This document shows, in pieces, positions 36,392 to 44,636 of a DNA stretch of 64,000 bases. The notes below the pieces were generated by a model. The model had not been told where the DNA came from. It saw nothing but the letters and a program-made list of their open reading frames with translations, and searched no databases. Each line of letters begins with the position of its first letter. Positions within the stretch are counted from its first letter, which is position 1. This DNA comes from a virus (taxonomy: Duplodnaviria; Caudoviricetes). The stretch lies in the IMG/VR virus record IMGVR_UViG_3300035135_000378, positions 5,907 through 69,906 of that record; one strand, 5' to 3'. Made by a program: the position numbers and the translations under genes.

Positions 36392-36667
36392 TTACGCCAA
36401 GTCCTTATCGTGGTTTAAATTGCCTTTCTTTTTCTTTACAATGAACGCGTTGACTCGCGCCATTCCCCATTGTTGCGGTGTAGTGCCTGGCCTGTGTCCA
36501 GTTTTCCAAGCGGCAACACCACGATTGTATACCTTACGCAAAGTATCTGCAGAGATACCAGACTTCTTCGCCTTTGCAGCGATACCGTCTGGTCCTTCAT
36601 CCAGATTCCCCATGTCATCATACATGGAGTATCTCTTCTCATCAAGATATGTTTTGAAAGAAATCAT
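36392..36667 (-). CDS. conserved protein with capsid-targeting-like N-terminus
   Basis: MISFKTYLDE; KAKKSGI...VY.RG.AAW..GHRPG...QW..ARVN. Confidence 0.8.
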   Translation of the reverse strand: MISFKTYLDEKRYSMYDDMGNLDEGPDGIAAKAKKSGISADTLRKVYNRGVAAWKTGHRPGTTPQQWGMARVNAFIVKKKKGNLNHDKDLA

Positions 36668-38241
36668 TCGATACCCTTTGTAGTAGTCACTTTACTGTTT
36701 TTCTTGTTGCGGGCTCGTGCACGAGCGAGACGTGCGCGGTCCATCATACTGTCAAACTTTTTCGCGTCAGATGCCTTCTCACGATCGATCATTGTTTTTG
36801 CAACGGCGACCGGATCTGCATTTTCTAACGCAGGTTTCTTTAAAAGTTCGCGCATCGTATCTGCGAGTGCGCGTGAGTTTATTTTCAAATCATACATGCG
36901 AATGACCTTGTCTGCCCAGTAACCTTCACCGTGCTTCGCATTCGATTTGTTCATCAACTCGATTGCATGTTTCGCAACTTTGTTGTATTTATCTTTACTG
37001 ATAGTCTTAGATGCTAGGCGACCTATATCGTGCGCCCATGAACGTTCGTCGATCTCCATGTGTGGAGTATCTTTGACGTACTTCTTCTTGAGTTTATCGG
37101 TTCCCCACTCACCTGCACCACCTTCTTCCTTGACGCAGTTAGGGACCATCTTGTCCCCTTTCTTTTTCATACCGACCTGCTTGTAACCGTTCCAACAGTC
37201 TTCGTCGTACATATCCTTGAACGACTTGGTGTACTTGGATGGTTTGGTCTTTGCGTCTTTGTCGCCTGGGGCTGGTTTGTATGCAGACGAATCATCATCT
37301 GCCTTCTTACCGTGTTTCTTGAAGTGGGCGTCACGTTTTGCCTTGGTAGACTTCGCAAGGCCTTTGTGATATCGTGCCGGTTGTGTACCCTCACGATCTT
37401 TGATGTCTGGATCTTGCTTCTCGACTAGTTCGACTGCGTCTAACCACTTACGCATTCTCTTACCGCCGCTTGTTTCCACTATGACGTAATTTGCACCAAG
37501 GACAGATACAGTAGCCACCTCATCACTTTCTTTGATGACTACCGTATCGCCCATCTCGAACAGCTCACCCGCAACAAACTTCTCGCGAGTATCTGAAACT
37601 GATTCAAGAGTTAGGTGATTACGGAATTCTTTTTCTTCGGTCAGGCCCATACCCCTACGCACGTCGTTGAATAGTTTACGTGCGTCCTTGTTGGACATTG
37701 ACTTTGGTACGCCCTGTGAGAATGAAACGAAATCATTCTTCTGTGCGTTCTCTCTCTGCTTGGATGCGGACATACCCTCCACACCCTCAGCATCTGGATC
37801 TCTCTTACCGGCAGATACTATATTAATACTCTTAAAGTTATAGAACCCGTGACGGGCCTTAACTCCGTTGTACTTGTTAAACAGAACTTCGAATTCTCTA
37901 ATCCTATCGTCACCCACAACCATAGTTACCGAACGGTACCCTTGATCGTAGAGTGCGACTAGTGCGTTGATCGCGGTCTTCACCGACTTATCAACCATTA
38001 CGTTACGCGCATGTTTTGGAAACATCTTACGAACGTGTTTGATCTTATCTTGGTACGACAATGGATTTTTCTTTGCGTCGGATGTTTGCGACACAAACAC
38101 TTTGTAGTCTGATTTACCAGACTTCAGTGCAAGAGTATCCATCACTTTGCCGTGACCGATAGTAGGGGGGTTCATACGTCCGAACGTGAAGTAGACCTCA
38201 CGTTCTTCTTCAACCAAATATTGCGAAAAGTTCTTGATCAT
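36664..38241 (-). CDS. HxGH nucleotidyltransferase (cytidylyltransferase/NMNAT-like) with appended small modules
   Basis: FTFGRMNPPTIGH, VVGDDR, MSASK; N-terminus MIKNFSQYLVEE. Confidence 0.85.
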   Translation of the reverse strand: MIKNFSQYLVEEEREVYFTFGRMNPPTIGHGKVMDTLALKSGKSDYKVFVSQTSDAKKNPLSYQDKIKHVRKMFPKHARNVMVDKSVKTAINALVALYDQGYRSVTMVVGDDRIREFEVLFNKYNGVKARHGFYNFKSINIVSAGKRDPDAEGVEGMSASKQRENAQKNDFVSFSQGVPKSMSNKDARKLFNDVRRGMGLTEEKEFRNHLTLESVSDTREKFVAGELFEMGDTVVIKESDEVATVSVLGANYVIVETSGGKRMRKWLDAVELVEKQDPDIKDREGTQPARYHKGLAKSTKAKRDAHFKKHGKKADDDSSAYKPAPGDKDAKTKPSKYTKSFKDMYDEDCWNGYKQVGMKKKGDKMVPNCVKEEGGAGEWGTDKLKKKYVKDTPHMEIDERSWAHDIGRLASKTISKDKYNKVAKHAIELMNKSNAKHGEGYWADKVIRMYDLKINSRALADTMRELLKKPALENADPVAVAKTMIDREKASDAKKFDSMMDRARLARARARNKKNSKVTTTKGIE

Positions 38242-38696
38242 TTTGACTCGCCACCACCACGTTTCTTAGCTAGTTCGGCCTTACGAACTTTAGGTAGTGC
38301 TTTGCGAGCCGCACGTGTGATCTTCGCCTGCATCTGAGGTTTCTCAAGACGCTTCTCGATTTCTTTCTTACGTGCCAATGACAACTCTGACTTAGGTACA
38401 CCCTTGACTAGTTTCTTGTATAATGCAAGCCTAGCCTGTTTACGTGCACGTTTCTTCAGTTTATCCATGTTCGCAACTTTACGCGCAGCGCGTTTACGAC
38501 CCATTGCAATTCGCGCCTTGTTGCGCTTCATGCGGATCGCCAGTTTACGACGTTGTTGAACATCTAACGCTTCGTCGTACTTACCGCTTCTGCGTTTCTG
38601 TGCATTATATGCTAACTGCGGATCTGTACCGTCCTTACCATCATCGGTAGTATAATCTGCATCAGTAAAGTGTTTAAATGACAGTACTTTTGCCAT
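38238..38696 (-). CDS. highly basic putative DNA-binding head protein
   Basis: MAKVLSFKHF; R/K-rich helices. Confidence 0.75.
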   Translation of the reverse strand: MAKVLSFKHFTDADYTTDDGKDGTDPQLAYNAQKRRSGKYDEALDVQQRRKLAIRMKRNKARIAMGRKRAARKVANMDKLKKRARKQARLALYKKLVKGVPKSELSLARKKEIEKRLEKPQMQAKITRAARKALPKVRKAELAKKRGGGESK

Positions 38697-38725
38697 CTAA
38701 TTAGTCCTCTTTGGTTTATTCCATA

Positions 38726-39946
38726 TTATCTACGGGCGGAATCCCACCCCTTTAATATATCAGATGAAAAGTTGTTGTATGAAAATTCCATACGGTCAAC
38801 CAGTTTCACCGCATCACCACCAAGCGTGTCAATCGCAACATAACCTTCCTCACCTGTCACTTTGTAACCATTAGAGGTTTTAACGAATGTCTCGATTGTT
38901 TTTAATTTGTCAAGACTATTTATAAGCTTTAATTTCGCAAGTACAATGGTCTTTTGCAGTTCAAAGATTTTTTCTAAACTAGCGCGATTCTCAGCTGAGA
39001 AAAAGGCCATTTCATCCTTCATCTTTGCGGTCCACGTGTCCTTACCGCGTTGAGATTTCTTACTTGCGATCTCTTTCTTGTAATAGGCTTGTCTGTTACT
39101 TATCAATCCATTAACGTGTCGTTTTGGGTCTGGGAGTAACGCACCCGCACGTACGAAGGAATTGTTGTATGTTTCGATTGCACCTGCGAACTTAGGGTTC
39201 GCTTCGAGTGTGCGCAACGTTGTACCGGAGATCTGGTTGAATATTTTACCTGCAGTCGATAGGAGTGCAGTCACAGCCTCAGTCTCTCGTTGAGTCATAG
39301 TTGCATTGGTTAGATCTTTCAACATCGCGTCCTGTGACCATACGTTGCGTGATTTGCGGAACGATGCAACATCTACACCGTACGACGCTCTCATATTTTC
39401 GAAAGAATCACCCGTGTAGGTTGTGTGCCAGACGATACCGATCTTGGCTGCACGTAACTCCGCAGCCTCTTTCCAAGGGACTGCATATGCAATCGTGTTT
39501 GGGTGGAACATGACGTATCGTTGACCGTCGATCTTTTTACCGTATAGGTCTTTGCGGCTGAACAGGAAGTCACCTTGGACGACACCCTTGATACCTAACT
39601 CAGGTAGATACTTCAGTGCGTCTTTCAGTTTTGCATTGAGGTCACCCTTGGTGTCCGCGTCGATGTCCGCGTCAGTTTTGTAGACCTTCGGGTTCTTGTT
39701 GAAGATACCTTTCTTTGCAACGAAGAACTTACCGTCACGTGGATCAGTTCCCGCAAACACTGCAGGCGCACCGTCCCACTTCACGGAGACGTTACCCTTC
39801 GCAGTACCAGCCAACATGTCACGCAGTCCACGCAGTGCATTGATCGCCTCGCGTGTCCCATTGACTCCACCGTAAAGAACCTTGTCCTCGATGTGAGTCA
39901 TGTGGGTGTTTTTCTGCTCCGTTATGAATTCACCAAAATTTTCCAT
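38726..39946 (-). CDS. ligase-like covalent nucleotidyltransferase-fold protein of unknown function
   Basis: VKWDG (KxDG motif I), QGDFLF, EGYV, VKLVDR; N-terminus MENFGEFITE. Confidence 0.7.
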   Translation of the reverse strand: MENFGEFITEQKNTHMTHIEDKVLYGGVNGTREAINALRGLRDMLAGTAKGNVSVKWDGAPAVFAGTDPRDGKFFVAKKGIFNKNPKVYKTDADIDADTKGDLNAKLKDALKYLPELGIKGVVQGDFLFSRKDLYGKKIDGQRYVMFHPNTIAYAVPWKEAAELRAAKIGIVWHTTYTGDSFENMRASYGVDVASFRKSRNVWSQDAMLKDLTNATMTQRETEAVTALLSTAGKIFNQISGTTLRTLEANPKFAGAIETYNNSFVRAGALLPDPKRHVNGLISNRQAYYKKEIASKKSQRGKDTWTAKMKDEMAFFSAENRASLEKIFELQKTIVLAKLKLINSLDKLKTIETFVKTSNGYKVTGEEGYVAIDTLGGDAVKLVDRMEFSYNNFSSDILKGWDSARR

Positions 39947-40734
39947 TAGTTGTCTACCAGTATCAAGTCAAACGTTGCGGAAACCTGTGTGGCCTGTCCA
40001 GCAAGCGCATCTACTCTTATATCAGTCATCTCTTCGAAACGCAATGGTACCGGATAGTTGATATCCAAACTCTGGCCACCAGCCGCGTTAAAATTACCTT
40101 TAATGTTAAACGCACCACCGAACGGTCTTGCGAACAGACGATAGGTCATCGCAGTGTTGGTTGACGCCTTATCAGAACCCATGTGTAGGTCTAACAGATA
40201 TGCAGTCTTACCAGCAGGAACCGTGTAGACAGCCATCAACGTCTGACCCAACCCTTCTAGGATTTTCGCAGCGAGTGCACCACCCTGTAGGATTTCGATG
40301 TCTTGAGTATTGTTTGCATCTACCATACGTGCACGGAAGACGCGAGAGAAGATTGTACCAGAGAATCCAGTACCGATTGCGACGTTCTCTACAACCAAGT
40401 TGTAACTGTCGTCCAGACCTTGAACCTCGACAATCTTACCGTCGTCCGCAGGGCCAGACACACCAATCACATTGACCGCACCTGCGGCAGGGTATGGGTA
40501 TAAGTCACTACCTGAGTTACCGTCCCAGACGGTTCCCGCAGTGATGTCGCCATCTGTCGCACCAAACTTGTTGATATGCGAGTAACCCTCAAGGGCTCCT
40601 GCGGCGATGGGGATATTAGATGCGGAACCGAACGTGTTCAGGATATTACCGAACTTGTCCGCAAGCATCACCACTTCGTGTATATCAGTGGCATGACCCA
40701 GATGTTTTTGTTGTTGTACACTATATTGTGCCAT
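39946..40734 (-). CDS. putative structural protein
   Basis: INKFG...TVW, QTLMAVYTVPAGKTAYL. Confidence 0.7.
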   Translation of the reverse strand: MAQYSVQQQKHLGHATDIHEVVMLADKFGNILNTFGSASNIPIAAGALEGYSHINKFGATDGDITAGTVWDGNSGSDLYPYPAAGAVNVIGVSGPADDGKIVEVQGLDDSYNLVVENVAIGTGFSGTIFSRVFRARMVDANNTQDIEILQGGALAAKILEGLGQTLMAVYTVPAGKTAYLLDLHMGSDKASTNTAMTYRLFARPFGGAFNIKGNFNAAGGQSLDINYPVPLRFEEMTDIRVDALAGQATQVSATFDLILVDN

Positions 40735-40742
40735 GATTAACC

Positions 40743-42026
40743 TCAGTAAACTTTACAGTAAGGACCGGAGAGTCTTGACTCTGATCCTGCGTAGTTAACA
40801 AGTCCAGATGTAAACGCATTCTTCTGCGCAACTGTACCGTTTTCGACGATCGCAAACAACTGAACCGTCATGATCTTAGACAAATACCAGTTTTGGTCTT
40901 TCTGTCTTAGGTTGGATAAAAAATCCGATTTGGATATGTCTTCTGTATAAGGTACTTTTTTGTACCACTCATAGAACTGATCTTCATCTTCCTGCGTTCG
41001 ATTCTTCAGTAGTCTTTGAGGAACTAGATCAACATCAAACACATCCTTTACAATGTTTGCGACTGGGCCACCGGATACCTTACCCATGTTCGCGAACTGA
41101 CCCTTTAGTTCTCCCTGCCATGTTGAACCGAACTTACGGAACTGAATCTTCTGTCCTGCGAAATAAATGTAACCATCCTGAGACATCCAGAAACCGCGCA
41201 GACCTAGAGTACTCGACTCGTACTTGTACTCCTTACGCGCACTGTCCATATTGAGCTCACCGAATCTCGCAGTTGCGGTCTGTATCTGTTTCAGAGACAC
41301 ACCGACGATGTCTTTGGATTGGTACTGTTCCACTAGAAGTTGGTTGAGTTCTACTAGAGACGTGGCTTGTGTGATATCAACGCGTGAACCTTGCGATGAT
41401 ATTAACCATATGTCTGCCGGAGACCACTTGTTAATATCACCGAATGGTTTCCCTGCAGCAACATTCAAGGTCTTCCAGTGAGCCTCAAGTGCACTCACCC
41501 AACTACTACCACGATGACACACGTAACTCTTCGTTATGTTCGGAAACTTTTCCGCGATTTTATCCGAACCTTTCTTACTTGACGCAATCCATTTTTCCGG
41601 TAACTTACTCTGTATTTTTTCGAGAGTCTCAGTCACATCATAATGCCTAGATGCAGACGACATATTCGATGTGGTGTATACACCTTTCTTGTTATACTTG
41701 ACTGCAAGATAGACACACTGCGCGGATTCTACAATCGCAGTGAGATCTGATCCTGCACCAGAACCTCCACCACCCTTGTGTTTGCATTCAACGTAATACC
41801 CACCGTTGCATTCAGTACGACCGATGGATGACTGACCACCCTTATCGTTGTACTTACCACCGTATGACTTTAGGATGTCTGCAGCCTTGATCAGTGTCTC
41901 TACTCTATCAGTTCCTTTAGGTACCTGAATGGTGACAGTCCTACTAGTTTTACCATCCACAAGCTCGCCGACGTTCGCATACGCCAACTCGACTTTGAGA
42001 TCGTCTCTGGATTTAATAAGTGCCAC
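40743..42026 (-). CDS. putative PD-(D/E)xK-type endonuclease
   Basis: ESAQC, NKWSPADIW, IVGVSLKQ (PD...SxK variant). Confidence 0.55.
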   Translation of the reverse strand: MALIKSRDDLKVELAYANVGELVDGKTSRTVTIQVPKGTDRVETLIKAADILKSYGGKYNDKGGQSSIGRTECNGGYYVECKHKGGGGSGAGSDLTAIVESAQCVYLAVKYNKKGVYTTSNMSSASRHYDVTETLEKIQSKLPEKWIASSKKGSDKIAEKFPNITKSYVCHRGSSWVSALEAHWKTLNVAAGKPFGDINKWSPADIWLISSQGSRVDITQATSLVELNQLLVEQYQSKDIVGVSLKQIQTATARFGELNMDSARKEYKYESSTLGLRGFWMSQDGYIYFAGQKIQFRKFGSTWQGELKGQFANMGKVSGGPVANIVKDVFDVDLVPQRLLKNRTQEDEDQFYEWYKKVPYTEDISKSDFLSNLRQKDQNWYLSKIMTVQLFAIVENGTVAQKNAFTSGLVNYAGSESRLSGPYCKVY

Positions 42027-42065
42027 GTAGTATCCTCTTTACTCATGATTGAGTATAACAGATAC

Positions 42066-42073
42066 TATTTATA
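42066..42073 (-). promoter_or_regulatory. T4-type late promoter (nested in a sigma70-like TTGACA-16-TATACT)
   Basis: TATAAATA upstream of 42026. Confidence 0.7.
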
Positions 42074-42746
42074 TGTCAAGGGCGTTGTGCGAATTTTCTG
42101 CGTTGTACTGTGCAATAGTTTCACGAAGTGGACGAACCCAGTTGTCACGATGTTCGATAAAGATCTGTGGTTCGTGGTTGTCAACTGAGATGATTGTCAC
42201 TAACTGTGTGATCGGACGACCTGTTCGTTCTTCCCACATGATTGCGTAGGCAGACTCTTGCATGAAATAGTTTTTGATCCAATCGAGTCGTTTAGGTTTG
42301 AGGCTTGTCTTGAAATCAATAATAGAAAGACGACCGTCAAACTCAGCAACGCAATCGACGCGACCAGCAACTCCCAGATGCGTTGAGTAGAGAGGTGCTT
42401 CCTGTGCGTAAACTCGGCCAATACGAGTATCAAGAATGGGCTTAAGATCAATAAAGCTACTGATAATGTCTGGAGTGTATCCATCTTTGAAGTTCTCTTC
42501 GTTGTTGATGTACTTCTCAACGATGGCGTGTACGGCAGTCCCCCGTGTTGATGCACGGTGAGAGATACGGTTCGCTTCTTCGTGTCCTACGCGGGCCCGC
42601 CACTTGGCGATAGACTCTCGCGATAGGATAGAAAGTACAGTAGTAATAGAAGGAAGGTTCATACCTTCCGGTGTTTTGTACTCACGGCGACCGTTTCGGT
42701 TCTCCGTTTTCATTTCCGTCAGCTCAACGGGGACATGTTCAAACAT
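42069..42746 (-). CDS. PD-(D/E)xK exonuclease (Cas4/RecB-like phage exonuclease)
   Basis: PSITTVL, RGT.VH, AGRVDC, IIDFKTS, Q..AY. Confidence 0.9.
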   Translation of the reverse strand: MFEHVPVELTEMKTENRNGRREYKTPEGMNLPSITTVLSILSRESIAKWRARVGHEEANRISHRASTRGTAVHAIVEKYINNEENFKDGYTPDIISSFIDLKPILDTRIGRVYAQEAPLYSTHLGVAGRVDCVAEFDGRLSIIDFKTSLKPKRLDWIKNYFMQESAYAIMWEERTGRPITQLVTIISVDNHEPQIFIEHRDNWVRPLRETIAQYNAENSHNALDI

Positions 42747-42779
42747 AATAAATCACTTGTCAATAATATAATGAAGAAT

Positions 42780-42965
42780 CCTCATGGGTGCGGAACCTTC
42801 GCGGTACTGATATGTGTACTAGACCTTATAACTTGCTGTGACCTTGGGTCACTTACCGTCCGCGGCATAAGGTGGACATGCGCGTCTGAGTTGAGAGATT
42901 CTAACGGTTTACAAATTACCGCATCACTGCGAGTCTTAGTAGTACCAGTTCCGCACCCCATGAGG
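42780..42965 (-). ncRNA. putative novel structured RNA (~186 nt)
   Basis: 17-bp terminal helix CCUCAUGGG(G)UGCGGAAC/GUUCCGCACCCAUGAGG, further stacked helices, GUGA GNRA hairpin, GUGACC-CAA-GGUCAC hairpin. Confidence 0.7.
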
Positions 42966-42978
42966 AAACTGTTAAACT

Positions 42979-43054
42979 TGGTGGAGCTAGAGGGAGTCGA
43001 ACCCACGACCTCTTGAATGCAAATCAAGCGCTCTCCCAACTGAGCTATAGCCCC
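42979..43054 (-). tRNA. tRNA-Ala(UGC)
   Basis: GGGGCTA acceptor with G3:U70, TTCGA T-loop, TGC anticodon, encoded CCA; 76 nt. Confidence 0.95.
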
Positions 43055-43062
43055 ATAACCAC

Positions 43063-43070
43063 TATTTATA
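43063..43070 (-). promoter_or_regulatory. T4-type late promoter for tRNA-Ala and ncRNA
   Basis: TATAAATA 8 nt before tRNA 5' end. Confidence 0.75.
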
Positions 43071-43073
43071 CAA

Positions 43074-44474
43074 TTAATCACACCCAAGTTCTTGACGTGA
43101 CACCTCATCATTATTGATGGGACAGTTGCCGCTGGGTAGAGACTCAGGGACATATCGCATCAAGTTAGGGTCACGCAAACTGTTCTCAAGGAACAACACT
43201 AGGTTTGCGATTTCGTCTTCGGTCAAGTCCACCGGCATAAACCGGAAGTCCAACTCGTGCATGTCAACTTGTGGGTGTTGTGGTACTGCATCTACCTTGT
43301 ATCGCACCACGTCTTCCACACTACTAAACGATGCACCATGTCCGAAGACTGTTGTATCTATAAGATTATAAAGCGGTGGTACCTTGAACTTAAACTTGTC
43401 CAACTCATCACCAGTAAAGCCACCACGACCTTCACGTGTCGCGTCGTTAACCTCACCAATCGTATCTTCCCAGATGTCCAGATCATGGAACCCAAGAGTC
43501 ATAAAGACATCGTCTGCCATTGCACCTACAGGTGACGACAAAGCAGGACCGTTGTGACATGAATTACAGTTAGCCTTACCAAAAAATACCTTCGCACCTT
43601 CGATCTCTTCGAGAGTCATCGCGTCGTCATCACCACGCAGAAACTCTTGGAATGGTGCCTCGTTTGCAAGGATGGTACGTTCATATGCAGCGATCGCAAG
43701 ACCTGCGGCCTCTAACATATCGTCGGGTTCTGCGACACCGAACGCATCTTCGAACATCTGACGATATGTTTCGTTGGTGCGTAGTAGTGATTCAGAATTG
43801 TCCGTACCCATACGGTGGACACCAAGACCTGCGATGGCCTGCGTCACGAGACCCGCATAGTTACGTAGGTTGACTTCTTTAGGAGTACCCTCAGTGAAGT
43901 GGCGGTCTGGATCGATACCAATGTTGACCACACCACCAATCATGTTACCGAACTGACCATTCCACAACATCACCTCTTGGTATGCAGTGTTCAGTACAGT
44001 AGGCGACGTTACAGGCTGTACGTCAACATCTGCAAGGTCAACACCTTCCATGACCATGCGATGGTCGAATCCGATACCACCTTCACCGATACCCTGACGG
44101 ATACCAGACTTGAATCCGTTCTGCGCATTGTGACATGACGCACACGAGAACGTACCTTCACTGGACGCGATCTCACCCGCAGTGATACCAGTCTCGTGGT
44201 AAATCAACTTACCTAGTGCGACCTTCTCTGCAGTGATTGGGTTACTTGGATCTTGCGGAATGCTATCGAAGTCATCACTCGCGGGTAGGATGAAGTCTTC
44301 GGGAGTACCCATCAACTCAAACAATTCGTCCTTTGCGACCGTCTTGGGGTCAGGCGCTGGTGTGGTTACGGGTGTAGACGTAACGGGTTCCACGGGTACA
44401 GGTGATTCCGCCCCTCCCCCGCTACATGCGGAAATAACTAGAGTAGATGCTAGTGTCATCGTCAACTTGTTCAT
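43074..44474 (-). CDS. di-haem cytochrome c peroxidase (CcpA/MauG family) lipoprotein
   Basis: lipobox ISAC; CASCH and CNSCH; AIAAYERT, FKVPPLYNL; start moved to ATG 44474 because the longer ORF runs through tRNA-Ser. Confidence 0.9.
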   Translation of the reverse strand: MNKLTMTLASTLVISACSGGGAESPVPVEPVTSTPVTTPAPDPKTVAKDELFELMGTPEDFILPASDDFDSIPQDPSNPITAEKVALGKLIYHETGITAGEIASSEGTFSCASCHNAQNGFKSGIRQGIGEGGIGFDHRMVMEGVDLADVDVQPVTSPTVLNTAYQEVMLWNGQFGNMIGGVVNIGIDPDRHFTEGTPKEVNLRNYAGLVTQAIAGLGVHRMGTDNSESLLRTNETYRQMFEDAFGVAEPDDMLEAAGLAIAAYERTILANEAPFQEFLRGDDDAMTLEEIEGAKVFFGKANCNSCHNGPALSSPVGAMADDVFMTLGFHDLDIWEDTIGEVNDATREGRGGFTGDELDKFKFKVPPLYNLIDTTVFGHGASFSSVEDVVRYKVDAVPQHPQVDMHELDFRFMPVDLTEDEIANLVLFLENSLRDPNLMRYVPESLPSGNCPINNDEVSRQELGCD

Positions 44475-44497
44475 AATATATCTCTCAACTGTGTGTA

Positions 44498-44585
44498 TGG
44501 CGGAGAGTGTAGGATTCGAACCTACGGAACCTTCCGGTTCAACGGTTTTCAAGACCGCCGCTTTCGACCACTCAGCCAACTCTCC
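44498..44585 (-). tRNA. tRNA-Ser(UGA)
   Basis: long variable arm, TGA anticodon, GCCA end; 88 nt. Confidence 0.95.
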
Positions 44586-44599
44586 ATGTGTTACTGCAT

Positions 44600-44628
44600 A
44601 CTATACACGAGTCCACCACTCGTGTCAA
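44600..44628 (-). promoter_or_regulatory. sigma70-type promoter for tRNA-Ser and peroxidase
   Basis: TTGACA-17-TATAGT; spacer lies in ACACGAGT/ACTCGTGT inverted repeat. Confidence 0.7.
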
Positions 44629-44636
44629 GAACTTTT

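Noticed and set aside
42069-42746. Cas4-like nuclease as a CRISPR component
   Set aside because: No array or other cas genes; matches the common stand-alone phage exonuclease.
42782-43153. 123-aa minus-strand ORF and the 93-aa plus-strand ORF 42735..43016
   Set aside because: They run through tRNA-Ala and the structured RNA, with no RBS or protein-like features.
44475-44579. 35-aa N-terminal extension of the peroxidase ORF
   Set aside because: It is a reading of tRNA-Ser; the true start is ATG 44474 with an RBS and signal peptide.
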